Positions 48,301-60,035 of a stretch of 64,000 bases of DNA are shown here, piece by piece. Source of the stretch: an uncultured Verrucomicrobiae bacterium. Lineage in GTDB: Bacteria > Verrucomicrobiota > Verrucomicrobiia > Limisphaerales > Palsa-1400. The stretch is from the NCBI GenBank assembly GCA_963707025.1, contig CAVPOM010000002.1, positions 71,877 through 135,876 of the forward strand, in the 5' to 3' direction. Made by a program: the position numbers and the translations under genes. Positions within the stretch are counted from its first letter, which is position 1. Every line of letters begins with the position of its first letter. Below the pieces are notes generated by a model. The model searched no databases, was not told where the DNA came from, and saw nothing but the letters and a program-made list of their open reading frames with translations.

Positions 48301-50995
48301 GGTTTGTCAACGGCCAGGATGCGAGCCTGCTCAGCGGAGCCTTGAGCTTCCGCTGCGCCGACACCAATGGAGTCAATGTGGACACGAACACGCCGGTCGG
48401 AGTCTATCCCATTGAGGTGGCCACCGGCCAAACCGCGCCCAATTACATCATCCAGTACACGAACGGCGCGCTCACCGTGACACAGGCGGTGTTGACGGTC
48501 GCGGCCAATGCCACCAACCGCGTGTATGGGCCACCAACCCGGTCTGCACAGCAGCCATTGCCGGCTACGTCAATGGGGAGGATTCCAACGTCCTGAGTGG
48601 CGCGCTGACGATAGCCAGCCCGGCGGATGTCACCAGCGCGGTGGGCACGTATCCAATCGTTCCCAGCGGAGTGTCGGCCACCAATTATTCAATCAACTTC
48701 ACCAATGGCGCATTGACCGTGACGCCGGCGCCGCTGTTGGTTTCCGCCAGCAACACCAGCCGGCTCTACGGACAGTCCAATCCCGCGTTGACCGGCTCGG
48801 TGACGGGCCTGGCCAATAATGACAATCTGGGCCTGACTTTCGTCACGTCGGCCACACCGGCAAGTCCGGTCGGGAACTATGATATAGCTCCAGCGTTCGG
48901 CGATCCCGACAGCAAACTGGGCAACTACCAGCTTACCACCAACAACGCGACTCTGACGGTGGGCCAGGAGCCTTTGAGCGTTGCCGCCGCCAATCAAAGC
49001 CGGATGTATGGACAGCCCAATCCCACGCTGACCGGCGCGGTCAGCGGCGTGGTAAACGGCGACGCCATCACCGCAAGCTACAGCACGACCGCCACGGCAC
49101 AAAGCCCGGTTGGACCATACAGCATCGTGCCAGGCGATCAGCGATCCACAAAGCAAACTGGCCAATTACTCCGTCAGTTTGACGGATGGAACGCTGACTG
49201 TCACCCAGGCGGTGTTGACCGTCACGGCCAATCCGCAGAGCCGTCTCTATGGCATGACCAACCCGGTCCTGACCGTCACTTACAGCGGCTTCCTCAACAA
49301 CGACACCACCAACGTCATCACCGGCCAACCGGACTTGAGCACCACCGCCACCCTCGCCAGCCCGGTCGGCGCCTATGACATCACGGTCGAACTGGGCAGC
49401 CTCAGTGCCACCAATTACAGTTTCAACCTGACCAACGGCACCTTGACGGTGGGCAAAGCCCCCCTGACCGTCACGGCCGATCCGCAGAACCGTCTCTACG
49501 GCCAGACCAACCCGGTGTTCACCGCAAGTTACAATGGCTTTGTGGACGGCGACAACCAGGGCGTCTTGAGCGGCGCGCCCGCCTTGAGCACCACCGCCGA
49601 CACCAACACCCCGGTGGGAAATTATGACATCATGGCAACCAACGGCACCCTGATGGCGACCAACTACGCGCTGAGTTTTGTCAACGGCACCTTGACCATC
49701 AACCCGGCGCCATTGACCGGCAGCGTGCAGAATGTCGCGCGCGCCTACGGCCAGACCAATCCCGTCTTCAGCATCGGCTACTCCGGTTTCGTCAACGGCC
49801 AGGACAGCTCCATCGTCACCGGGCCGATCGCGTTCACTTGCCTGGACCCCAACAGCGCCCCCGTGGATACCAACACCCCGGTCGGCCTGTATCCCATTGA
49901 CGTGACCACTCTGCAGACCGCGCCCAACTACACCATCGCTTATGTGGACGGAACGCTAACAGTGACCCAGGCGGTGTTGACCGTCACGGCCAATCCGCAG
50001 AGCCGTCTCTTTGGCACAACCAACCGGGTCCTGACCGTCTCCTACAGCGGCTTCCTCAACAACGACACCACCAACGTCATCACCGGCCAGCCCGACTTGA
50101 GCACTACCGCCACCCTCGCCAGCCCGGTCGGCGCCTATGACATCGCGGTCGAACTGGGCAGCCTCAGTGCCACCAATTACAGTTTCAACCTGACCAACGG
50201 CACCTTGACGGTGGGCAAAGCCCTCCTGACCGTCACGGCCGATCCGCAGAACCGTCTCTACGGCCAGACCAACCCGGTGTTCACCGCCAGTTACAACGGC
50301 TTTGTGGACGGCGACAACCAGGGCGTCTTGAGCGGCGCGCCCGCCTTGAGCACTACCGCCGACACCAACACCCCGGTGGGAAATTATGACATCATGGCAA
50401 CCAACGGCACCCTGACGGCGACCAACTACGCGCTGAGTTTTGTCAACGGCACCTTGACCATCAACCCGGCGCCCTTGGCCATCACCGCCGCGGATGCCAC
50501 CCGCCAGTATGGCGCGACCAACCCGGCCTTCACGGCCACCATGCAAGGCTTTGTCAATGCGGAGGACGCCACCGTCCTGGGCGGGACGCTGTCAATCACA
50601 AGTTCGGCGGACCCGGGCAGTTCGGTTGGGACGTATGCCATCGTTCCGGCCGGCTTGAGTTCGACCAACTACGCCCTGAACTACACCAACGGCGCCCTCA
50701 CCGTCACCCAGGCGCCGCTCGCCGTCTCTGCCAACAATTACATCCGCCAGTATGGAACACCGAGCCCGGCGTTCGGCGGAACGATGAGCGGATTGCTCAA
50801 TGGCGATCCGATCAGCGCCATATACAACTGCGTGGCAACTCAGTCCAGCCCCGTTGGCAGCTATGCCATCGTGCCCGGCCTGGATGATCCGCAAAGCAAG
50901 GCGGCGAACTACGCCGTCACGCTCCAGGACGGCACGCTGACGATCACCGTGGCAGTAGTGCCGACCGCGACACCCGGGCTTTACGTCGTCGGCAA
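42341..50995 (+). pseudogene. Giant surface protein (Ig-like, Gly-rich, MBG repeats); frameshifts near 42850, 48530 and 49135; 3'-truncated
   Basis: Repeated 'LTVTA...R.YG..NP.FT..Y.GFVNG' units run across consecutive frames; the repeat pattern stops abruptly near 50995. Confidence 0.85.
49203..50473 (+). repeat. Near-identical ~510-bp internal duplication (offset 762 nt)
   Basis: 49203-49711 matches 49965-50473. Confidence 0.85.
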
Positions 50996-51118
50996 ACCAA
51001 CAGCGATGAGTGCAGTGCCTCCACACACCGCCACATTGAGCGGTTTCACCTCCGCATACACCATTTTTCGATTCAGGCGGCTCAAGATTTCATCAATATT
51101 GTCAGCTGATATAGTCAT
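50981..51118 (-). pseudogene. N-terminal fragment of a DUF6036-like nucleotidyltransferase
   Basis: ILSRLN...VAVCGGTALI, then an immediate break. Confidence 0.5.
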
Positions 51119-51491
51119 AAACGACGTTGTAATGCTTATATTAAGCGCAATTACGTCAAATGTCAAATGGAAGCTTAAACAAAATCGCTGGAGATGCAGA
51201 GGGCTTGGCGCGAAGTGGATTTGGCCAAAGGGGCGCAAAGGCCCGGCAGAAAGCGTTCCAAGTGCCGGTACTGCGGCAGCCATTGCGCAAGAACGCTTCA
51301 CATTTTAACGATTTTGTCAATTTGGCCGGCGACGGGGACGAACCGCGACAGCGCGCCTACCGCGCCTTCCATGAATACTTGTTTCCGACGCATGAAGGCA
51401 AGGAGGAGTGCTGGGCCTTCGCCGCTTCACAGCGGTAACTCCGCAAGAGCCGTTGACCCCATCCTGAGTTGCTGGTAGCGTCCGCGCTGAG

Positions 51492-52331
51492 ATGAAAGCC
51501 ACCCGATTGCTCCTGATGCTGGCGATGGCTTGGGGGATGCCCTCCAGGGCTCAGGTTACCAACGGCCTGTTGGTCAACTCGTTTGAAACCAGCGCGGACC
51601 TTCTGCGATTCACCCGGAACAATTGCTCCGTTTCTTCTTCGACCGAGGGGGTAACCGATGGGCAGAAAGCGGCCCTGGTCGTCTTTTCCAACGTGGATTG
51701 GCCCAACCTCCGTTTCAAGGTGGGAACAGGTTTTGCCAACGGCGACTGGCGCGGCTGGGGTGCTGTGGCGGTGGACATACTCAATACCAACCCGGCCAGC
51801 GTGACAGTCAACATCCGCGTGGATGACGACATTTCGGCAGACGGAGCAAAACACTGCCAGACCGGCTCGATTGGCGTTCCCGCGGGGCAAAAGGCTACCG
51901 TGGTGATGCCCTTGAGCAAGAGCGTTCCTCCGGGCATGAGAGGCGGCCCGCCGATTGCCCCCGACGTTCTCCAAATGAATGTCTCTGGCCCGTCCATCAA
52001 CCTTTCGCACATTGTCGCTTTCCAGGTTTTCCTCCCCACGCCAGGCAAGCAAACGACCCTGTTCCTCGACAATATCCGTTTGCTGCCTCCGACGCCGCTG
52101 AACGGCTTGGCTGATCAATACGGCCAGTTCACGCGCGCCGATTGGCCTGGCAAAATCCATCAGGACGCGGATTTTCAGCAGCAGAACACAGAGGAACATC
52201 AATGGCTCGCCGCCCATCCGAAGCCTCCAGACCGGGATCTCTATGGCGCCTGGAGGGATGGTCCCCATCTCACCAACAACGGCTTCTTTCGCACCGCGTT
52301 CGTGCTCAGCCCCCTCGGCGACCGTCGCTGA
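51492..52331 (+). pseudogene. Truncated GH50/beta-agarase-like glycoside hydrolase (N-terminal part)
   Basis: Signal peptide, DWRGW, FLDNIRL, DQYGQF...WPGKI and DLYGAW...GFFRT; ends before the catalytic barrel. Confidence 0.7.
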
Positions 52332-53069
52332 TTTCAGCAGTATCAAAATTGCGGAACGAACAACTTCCTTCCAACTATCTCGTGAGTGTGCCAGCGCTTT
52401 TGCCAGTTTTCCAAGCTCCTGTGCCACGTCGGAGTCACTGGCGGTGACAATTGTTCCCCAATGTTCCAAAAAGCTGTGCCCAGCCGCCTCAGCTTCTGCG
52501 ATTAGAATGACAGGATCGAGTTCGAGTCCGGCAATGCGATTTCCTGCATTCACCAGAATCGTGAACATCCGCTTGCTCGACGGCCGCAGGGCTTGATCGA
52601 GACAGGTTTGAAGCCATACGAATTGAGGGGAGATAAAGTTATCCCGGCGCTGCAATAGCGCAGCATTCACGCCTTTGGCTTTTAGACATGCAGCCATTGG
52701 TTCGAGCAATGCTCTGGTTCTCCCGAGAATCGCAATCTTGCCCCATTCCCCTGGCCCCAAAGCAAATATCTCAGATGCCAAAACATCCCGCTCCTCTACG
52801 TCATCCTCGAAAATACGCGTTGAAATCACTCCCACGGGCGATGAACGGGCAGCAATTGTAGGCTTTTTCTCCGGTGCTCGTTCGGTATTGTACGCCACCA
52901 GAAGATTCGCAACACCCACTATCTCCGGCGGGCAGCGATGATTCTGGACAAGCTGAATCAGCACCGGCTTGAATTGATTGCGAAACTTTTCAATTTGTTT
53001 GTAGCTTGCTCCGGCCCATTGGTAAATAATCTGGTCATCGTCGGCCACCACGAACACGTTCTTGAACGA
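52305..53069 (-). pseudogene. Internal fragment of a UvrD/Rep helicase
   Basis: FVVADDDQIIYQWAGA, QNHRCPPEIV and IAILGRTR motifs; 5' side cut by an IS3 end. Confidence 0.8.
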
Positions 53070-53455
53070 TGAGGTGGACCCCATCCTTTAGACCACGGAG
53101 CGCATGAAATAAGCGCGACTTTTGCCGATTGCTGTCATTACTAATTGTAGTTGACTACTGTTCATTCCGTGTTTCAAAACCCTTTCGAAAGAGAGAACGA
53201 GCGATGCGGAGCACTGCCCGTCCTCCCTCTCCGTTTTCTTAGGGTTCTCAACTCTACCGCCGCAGGCGGTCTGATTTCAAGCCTTTTCCTGCCGCCTGCC
53301 TCTCTGTCAAGTGCTGCGATCGCTCCTGCCTCTGGCAGGTTGCATCGCTTCCCATTTGGCCGGTTGGGCTCCATGCGTGCCGGGATCAAAATACGCGTCC
53401 GCCGGCGTCGCATAGCCCAACGCCTGGTGCGGTCGTTCCCGGTTGTAGCCGTCAA
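53070..53455 (-). mobile_element. Partial second copy of the IS3 element (one end only)
   Basis: Matches 18514-18899. Confidence 0.9.
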
Positions 53456-53461
53456 GCGGGA

Positions 53462-54091
53462 TCAGCTTTTCAAGCTGTAATCTTGTTCCACGATTCGGCC
53501 GCGATATTGGCCGACTCGAATTTTCGCATTTTCCTGAGCAATTCCACGACCACCTCGCCAAATTTTGCTCGCCGGACGGGGTTCAGCATGGAGCCTAAAA
53601 GCCCTGCCTCTTTCCAAATATCCCAATGGCGCGACGCCGGGATACCAGCCCTTTTCGATCTTCGTTTTCAGTCCCCGCTTCACGTTCTTGCTCAAATCAT
53701 CCACGTATTTCTGGGCCATGCCGAATTCGATATACATCAGGATGATGTTGTCATCCTGGTGCGCGTAGCTCTGCGCCGGCGTAACGACTTTGATGCCATG
53801 TTGTTTGATGGCCCAGATGATCGAGCCGCCGTCAACCGGGTTGCGAGCCAGACGGTCCAGTTTCCAACAAATAATACCGGCCGCTTCGCCCCGGTAGAGG
53901 CGCTGCATCATGGCATTGAATACGGGGCGGCCCGGCTCCTTGGCTGATTTCGATTCCGAGAGGATTTCCAACACGGGGAGATTGAGCTTTGCGGCAATTT
54001 CCTCCAGTTCGCGAGTTTGGGATTCAATGGAAAGGACCTGCCGGTCTTCGGCTTCGGATGATTTGCGGCAGTAGATGAAATATCCTGGCAT
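53462..54091 (-). pseudogene. Large serine recombinase, 3'-truncated after APLGYL
   Basis: YCRKSSE, SIESQ, GRPVF and KLDRLARN motifs. Confidence 0.85.
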
Positions 54092-54382
54092 TGTGGGGAT
54101 GATTAACGAATCGAAGCGGAACCTGTGTTTGGGCTGACACCATGCTAACGTACCGTCTGGGTACGTCAACACTAGGACTCTTGAACGCTGCTTTGGCTTG
54201 GCGGATCGCCGGGAAGCGGTTGCAGGAGGAGGTCAAATATCCGGGTTAGTCATTGGGGTTACGAGGATATCCCCCTCTTCGACCAGGTCGGCGTCTTTAG
54301 ATGTCACGATGATGCGGACGGGGCCAACTAGCTCGCCAGCAACAGCGGTCCGGCCCGTGAGGATTGGCGGAGTTTTCATAAA

Positions 54383-55408
54383 TTATGTCAAAACCATGGT
54401 GTCCAATATTGCAAGTGCTTTGCTGAATTGGTATGTGGCTGCGGCGCGTATAAAAGCTTGGGAGTCTGCCGTTTCCTTGAATCCGACGGCTGCGGCGCAT
54501 TTAAGGATGAGAAGATGACGCAGAAACGCATAGCAACCAAAATATTCGTAAATGTCATACGCCGCTCGGGCGGTATACAGGTGCTTGTAGAGACTTATTA
54601 TCGAAAGAAAATGTTCGCTATCGGACGAGTTCAAGTTATTAAGTTGTGTGGCGATCTCGGAATTAAAGCGGGATTGGAATTCCTCCGCCGGCTTGAACGG
54701 TGTTCCGGATCGCCTAGCTTTAATGGCGGCCTCAAATGCAAAAAGTGGCATGATGCCGTTACCAAGAATGTATTGTTCCGATTTGATTATCTGACTGACG
54801 TGGTTCGCGCGGGAGACACCCAGCATTGTTCCACCGATATGTTGGTAAATGAAAGTGCGAGGGTCCTGAATTCCAGCAGTCAACAAGTTGGCAAGGGCAC
54901 TGGGATTGTCAGGTCCGATTAGGAGTTCAATTTCTGCGGTTAACCTATTGAAGACGGAGAAGGGCCAATTGTGAGAACTTAGATACATCGCGTGGGAATT
55001 GTCACGGTCAGCAAACGGGACAAGCTTTTGCCAAAATACCTTCCAATCACTGGCAGCGTAGTTGCGGCTGCAGTTCAAAGCATTGGCGTGAAAATGATGC
55101 AGTCGCGCCATGTCGGCTTTGAATAATTCGAGATATTTCGACACCGCGACAACGAGATCGGGTTCATCGTATAAAATTTGAATTTCGCGGCAGGCTTCGG
55201 TTACCCTTGGGGAGGTCTTAAGGTAATCGTCAACTTCTTCCTTTTCATCGTAGCGCTCGTTTTCAGCGTAGTCGCGCAGTTCGGCGACTTGCGCAATCAG
55301 GGAAAGAGGCGCCTGCACAAAGACTTTTTCAACAACCAGGCGAAGGTTTTGAATGTCATCTGGCAAGTAGTCCTCCACCAAAACGGGGGCGATTTCAAGA
55401 GCGAGCAT
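54383..55408 (-). CDS. Hypothetical protein
   Basis: 341-aa AT-rich ORF overlapping the end of the TetR gene. Confidence 0.65.
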   Translation of the reverse strand: MLALEIAPVLVEDYLPDDIQNLRLVVEKVFVQAPLSLIAQVAELRDYAENERYDEKEEVDDYLKTSPRVTEACREIQILYDEPDLVVAVSKYLELFKADMARLHHFHANALNCSRNYAASDWKVFWQKLVPFADRDNSHAMYLSSHNWPFSVFNRLTAEIELLIGPDNPSALANLLTAGIQDPRTFIYQHIGGTMLGVSRANHVSQIIKSEQYILGNGIMPLFAFEAAIKARRSGTPFKPAEEFQSRFNSEIATQLNNLNSSDSEHFLSIISLYKHLYTARAAYDIYEYFGCYAFLRHLLILKCAAAVGFKETADSQAFIRAAATYQFSKALAILDTMVLT

Positions 55409-56042
55409 ATCCGTTGGGGTTGAAGGTTTTCAATGACAAGATGTGGCAGAGTGCCTCAATCATTTCTCTTGCAGTGACACGCTGTGGGTAAGAATCAGAA
55501 TGGTCGGACAAATACCAACCCAACAGGGTCCCTTCGTAAATCCCCAAAATCACTTCGGTGAGTGAATTTGTTGTGAAAGACGGAACCACCAACCGTTGTT
55601 TCACAGTAGTTTGGCACAAGGAACGGATATTTTCAATGTATTTCTGATTCTGTTCGGAGATGATTGCTTTCGCTTTTCGCTCGATCAGGAGCGTGTCGGT
55701 ATTTCCGGTATTGATGAGGATGAATTCCGTGGTCAACGGATCTTTGTCAAACAAATCAGCAAGGACGGAAAAAACGCGGATGATTTCGTAACGCGGGTCC
55801 TCGTGTTTGGGGGCACCAATTGTCACGTTCACTACGCGCCATGCTTCGTTGTAAACTTCCATTAGCAAGCCATATTTTGAAGGGAATTTCCTAAAAATGC
55901 CGGTTTCGGAAGTTCCGGCCCTCTGGGCGATTTCGCGTGTTGTGGTCGCGTAATAGCCCTTCTTGTGGAAAAGTTCCTTGGCGGAACGGAAGATACGGGC
56001 CTCAAGAGAGTCAAATTCAGCTTTGGCATTCGGCGTTTCCAT
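55395..56042 (-). CDS. TetR/AcrR family regulator
   Basis: AKELFHKKGYYATTTREIAQRAGTSETGIFRKFPSK. Confidence 0.9.
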   Translation of the reverse strand: METPNAKAEFDSLEARIFRSAKELFHKKGYYATTTREIAQRAGTSETGIFRKFPSKYGLLMEVYNEAWRVVNVTIGAPKHEDPRYEIIRVFSVLADLFDKDPLTTEFILINTGNTDTLLIERKAKAIISEQNQKYIENIRSLCQTTVKQRLVVPSFTTNSLTEVILGIYEGTLLGWYLSDHSDSYPQRVTAREMIEALCHILSLKTFNPNGYARS

Positions 56043-56538
56043 CAGTGGTAGTAGTAATACTATCGCTTTTGCCGAAAGTCAACCTTTATTTGAAATTTTT
56101 TTTGGCTCACCTCACATTCTGCCCTGGGGAATTGATTTTCCGTTGGGCAAGTTGGATTATCTGTTGGTTTCTCTTTGGCCTGGTCAGCTCCTCGGAATGT
56201 GGTGATCCAGCGGAAGTGGCCGGCATTCGGCTCGCACTGGTCCAACAGCCAGCCCCGCAAGGTTTGACGCTCGCCCCTATTTCCTTCGCACATTCCTGCT
56301 GGTTTTTTTATTTCCAAGCGTCGTTTTGTGATTCGTTGCCCAAGGGTGAGAGGGTCGGTCGGCGTATTCTCACTCTCGCCGGTCACGATAAGGGCTGGAA
56401 GCCGCTGAAAGCAGAGGATTTGAAGGTACCCAGCCTCCTGAATTTCGCTGGTGTTATTCTCACTTTTATTCTCATTTTGGGAGATTTGGGAAAGTGCGAA
56501 TTATGTAAGTTATTGAGGTTAAGCAAGATGACTGATAT

Positions 56539-56561
56539 TGGAGCGGGTGAAGGGAATCGAA
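56539..56561 (-). mobile_element. att-like remnant: 3' end of tRNA-Gly
   Basis: Minus strand reads TTCGATTCCCTTCACCCGCTCCA with no 5' tRNA half. Confidence 0.75.
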
Positions 56562-56962
56562 TCCTGTCTGAAAATTCTCATAATTCGTTAAATTGCCCAA
56601 TCATAGTGCATTGCAAACGGCATATCTTCCACCATCTCCGCATCAAAAGGCACGGTGATGACCAAACGCTGATGCAAATTGATGCAAGTGCCAACGTCAT
56701 TTCCCGACCTTGCGCGTTGGTGCGAAGTTATCACAATCCGGAAAATTGGCGAGTTAAAACTGAAATCCTTTCCGCCCACCGGAAAGGGCGCGGAGCGTAA
56801 AGGCCAGCGCGAGCGGAATTGGAGTCCATGAGGGCCTGCCCTCTGGCGCGGGCCTGGGCTGGCGTGAAGCCCAGCGCCGGGGTTTGGGGACGGCGCAAGT
56901 CCCCAACGACAGAAAAACGGCTGAACCGCTGCCAGTCCAGCCGCGTGAGTTTCTCCGGGCGG

Positions 56963-57385
56963 TCAATCCTCCCCCGGTTGCATGATGGTAATGGCGGGCT
57001 GCGGGTCGTCTATGTCCAGCGGGGCGCAAGTGGCAATGAGTTTCACCAGGCGTGGGGCGCGGTTGTCGTTGCGAACATAGAACGCAACCGGCAAACGGGA
57101 GCAAGCTGGGCGGGCGCGGTGGATGGCAAATCTCAGCATCCAAACCAGGTCCCAGAGCCGGCCAGCTTCGTCCTGGCCGGTCACGCCGGGCGGTACGGTC
57201 ACGTAAGCGTCGAAAACGGCGCGGGTCAAAAAAACGGGGAATCGGATACCGGCTTCCTGTGCGGTTTTCGTAACCTCAACCTGCTGGCCGTCGGCGACGG
57301 CTTGCGAGCGGGTGTAAGAATAGATCACCGGGCCGAATGGCTCGTCGTCCGGTTGCGGTCGGGTGGGGGTGTCATTTTCATTCAT
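56963..57385 (-). CDS. DUF6573-like protein (ICE/plasmid)
   Basis: IYSYTRSQAVADG, FPVFLT, QDEAGRLWD and AITIMQPGED motifs. Confidence 0.75.
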   Translation of the reverse strand: MNENDTPTRPQPDDEPFGPVIYSYTRSQAVADGQQVEVTKTAQEAGIRFPVFLTRAVFDAYVTVPPGVTGQDEAGRLWDLVWMLRFAIHRARPACSRLPVAFYVRNDNRAPRLVKLIATCAPLDIDDPQPAITIMQPGED

Positions 57386-57560
57386 AGGTTTCTTGGGGTT
57401 GAATTGCGGCAAATAGTTTTGGCTGCGCGGCTTCGGCGGCGCGGCGGGATCGTTCCGCCTCGGCTTGTTCGCGGGTGAGGCGTTCACCGTCCAGCCCGGT
57501 TTCGGAAAACAGCCGAAACGTCTCTACGGTGAAAAGAAATTCATGCTGGGGTATGCGCAT
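57378..57560 (-). CDS. Small hypothetical protein
   Basis: Overlapping ORF in a run of small co-oriented genes. Confidence 0.5.
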   Translation of the reverse strand: MRIPQHEFLFTVETFRLFSETGLDGERLTREQAEAERSRRAAEAAQPKLFAAIQPQETYE

Positions 57561-57577
57561 ACGGCGGCGGGTTCGTC

Positions 57578-57871
57578 TCATGGTCTTTTGCAGTTAAGGA
57601 TTTCAACTTCGGAGTGGGGCGAGATTCGGAACATGGCGGGCGGCGGCTGGAAAGCAACGGGCTTATCAAAGCGAGTTTTGAACTCCCGAAATTTCCGGTT
57701 CATAATGATGACCGCTGCGCAATCATTCACGCGGATGACACGGCAAAGCCGGTTATCGAAGCGGATGACATCGCCTGCACAGAGCCGGAATGGATGCTGG
57801 TAAGGCATCCAGACAACGGCGAAAAGCTCGGTCTGCGCCGGGTCGTTGAAAGAACGTTTATTGCGTTTCAT
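57578..57871 (-). CDS. Hypothetical protein
   Basis: Strong SD (AAGGAGGA) upstream of ATG. Confidence 0.65.
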   Translation of the reverse strand: MKRNKRSFNDPAQTELFAVVWMPYQHPFRLCAGDVIRFDNRLCRVIRVNDCAAVIIMNRKFREFKTRFDKPVAFQPPPAMFRISPHSEVEILNCKRP

Positions 57872-57883
57872 GGTGATTCCTCC

Positions 57884-58267
57884 TTATGCGGCGGCGGCGT
57901 GGCTGCCGTAACGTTTGCGGGGGTCATAGTCGGCGGCTTGGTCGCAAAAGACGCCGCAAGGGTGCTGCCAAACCTGGCGGTTCTTATTCCAATGGAAACC
58001 GATCTGCGCCAGCATGGATGTAATTTCGCGGGGCTGTTTCTCCGGGAATTGAATCCAAACCCAATTTCCGACAATCTGCGCCAGCCGGAAAAGCAGGGGC
58101 GCTTCCCTCTCCAAGAGGTTTAAAACCTCGGTGGTGGGCAAGCGGCGGTTCTCTTCCCGTTTCTGAAAATCAAGTCTTTGCAGTTGGCCTGAATTCCCTG
58201 ATTTTGAAACCGACGATGGCCGGACATTCGCCGGTGCTGACGCTTCAATCTGATTTGTTGTTTTCAT
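57884..58267 (-). CDS. Hypothetical protein (VGNWVW...GFHWNKNR..WQHPC)
   Basis: First gene of the co-oriented run. Confidence 0.65.
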   Translation of the reverse strand: MKTTNQIEASAPANVRPSSVSKSGNSGQLQRLDFQKREENRRLPTTEVLNLLEREAPLLFRLAQIVGNWVWIQFPEKQPREITSMLAQIGFHWNKNRQVWQHPCGVFCDQAADYDPRKRYGSHAAAA

Positions 58268-59484
58268 AGCTTTTTTTTGAAACCGCTGTCCGTCACCCTG
58301 CCGTTTGCTGCTCGCTTCACCTGATGGGAGACAGCGATGCCGTGCGCGAAGTGCATTCAATCCCCAGCGAAAGCAAAAACCGTGAAAGAGGCGAAAAGGC
58401 AAAAGGGAGACGCTGGCGCGGTTTTTGATCTCGCTCCTAAAGTCGGCTCGGTGTCGGACAGGCGAGCAGCAAATGGCGGGGTGATGGCGGCGAAAAAAAA
58501 GGCGAAAAAAACAACCTGAATGAGGTGGGCGGCCGGGTAATTACCTCACACTATCGCGGAGCGGCGCGGCTGGCGGGCTTCATGCCGGGGCGGGGGCGGG
58601 CATGAAGCATGACTGACGCGCATAATCAGGATTCCCGGCTCGCTTGTGAATTTCCAAAGCCGTGAGCGAAATGGAGCGTTTGGGGTGGCCGCCCGCGTAG
58701 GGGAAAGGGGCGCGGGGCGGACGGACCAAAAAGCGGAGTGGAGCGGCGGATTTGGAAATTCATCAAGGGAGCCTCACCGGGGGAGCCAAGTCTGCCGGGT
58801 TTGGCGGCGTAGTTTTTCAAGGGGAAGCCAAACCCGGCAAGTCTTGGTGACAGGGCGGGGCAATGGGGCGAAAAATGGGGGCACGCGGGGACGCGGTTTC
58901 TTGTCTCTCAGCCTGGAAGGCCCAGAGTGGAGCGGTCGCCCATTTGCGTAGGCCCAGACGCGCAGTGCGAGCGGAGCGAGACCGAGCATCGTAGCCGGAG
59001 CAAATGGGCGAGTAAGCGAAACGGAAGGGTTTTCAGGCTGAGTGACAAGCTGGAATCGGGGGCGGCCTGAGTGCGGCGGGTTTTGCGGAGCGCAGCCGGA
59101 AGGTGGTGGGGCGCGGAGCCAGAGCGAAAGTCGCCGCTCACAGGAAGCAGGGGAGGCCACCGGGTTAGGCATTTTCGGTGCCCCTTTCGGGCGCGCGGAA
59201 AGGAGGATGCGAAAGGGTCAGCCGGCGGGTGGTGGACCGAAAGCGACAATTGCGAAAACAATTGCGAAAACATTGACGATGACTGGTTTTGGATGCAGGC
59301 TCGTCGCCACTATGAACGCCGATTTTAAACTCGCTTGCCATGTGAGGTCAGATGCCGTTTATGGCAAGTTTGGAACTGCGGAAATGCCTGCGGGGATGTG
59401 GTTTCGGTCTCCGCGCCAGTGCGGTCACGACGTGGACTTTAAAATTGAGGCGCGGTGATCATAATTCAGCAATCTCATAATTGA

Positions 59485-59922
59485 ATGAAACGCGGTGACA
59501 TTGAAGATCGAGCGTCACAAATTTTACGTGACCATAACTTGCTGAACGTTCCTGTCGATCCCTTAAACGTGGCAAATGCGTTGGGAATCAAGGTGATGAA
59601 CGCGGTGTTTTCAGAGGAAACCAAGTCTGGTGCTGTCGTCAAACGGGGGGGACAATACTCCATATTCGTGAATGCAAACGATTCGCCTGCGCGAAAGAGG
59701 TTTACCATTGCGCACGAGATTGGACACAGGTTACTGCATATGGCTTCCGGTCCTGATTCTGAGTTCGTTGATACACCGGATAATTTCCGTACGGCTGACG
59801 TGGTGGACGAACCCGGCTGGACTGATGAACGCAAGAAGGAATGGGAAGCAAATGCGTTTGCCTCGGCCCTGTTAATGAATAGCGAATTAGTTATGGGCCA
59901 GTACAACCTGCGATATAGATGA
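59485..59922 (+). CDS. ImmA/IrrE family metallopeptidase
   Basis: RKRFTIAHEIGH and EWEANAFASALLM motifs. Confidence 0.9.
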   Translation: MKRGDIEDRASQILRDHNLLNVPVDPLNVANALGIKVMNAVFSEETKSGAVVKRGGQYSIFVNANDSPARKRFTIAHEIGHRLLHMASGPDSEFVDTPDNFRTADVVDEPGWTDERKKEWEANAFASALLMNSELVMGQYNLRYR

Positions 59923-60035
59923 CTGGAAAACGTGGCTTCGTGTCCAACGGCCGCATTTCCGTAGAATTTACTCAATAAGCAACAATTATGCCGGCACTTC
60001 GGACGCTGCGCAACTGGTTCTGGCGGGGAGTGGAT

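Noticed and set aside
51357..53084. 575-aa ORF as one novel fusion protein
   Set aside because: It is a UvrD fragment reading into the antisense strand of the GH50 fragment across a junction
56539..56565. Complete tRNA-Gly gene
   Set aside because: Only the T arm and acceptor 3' strand are present
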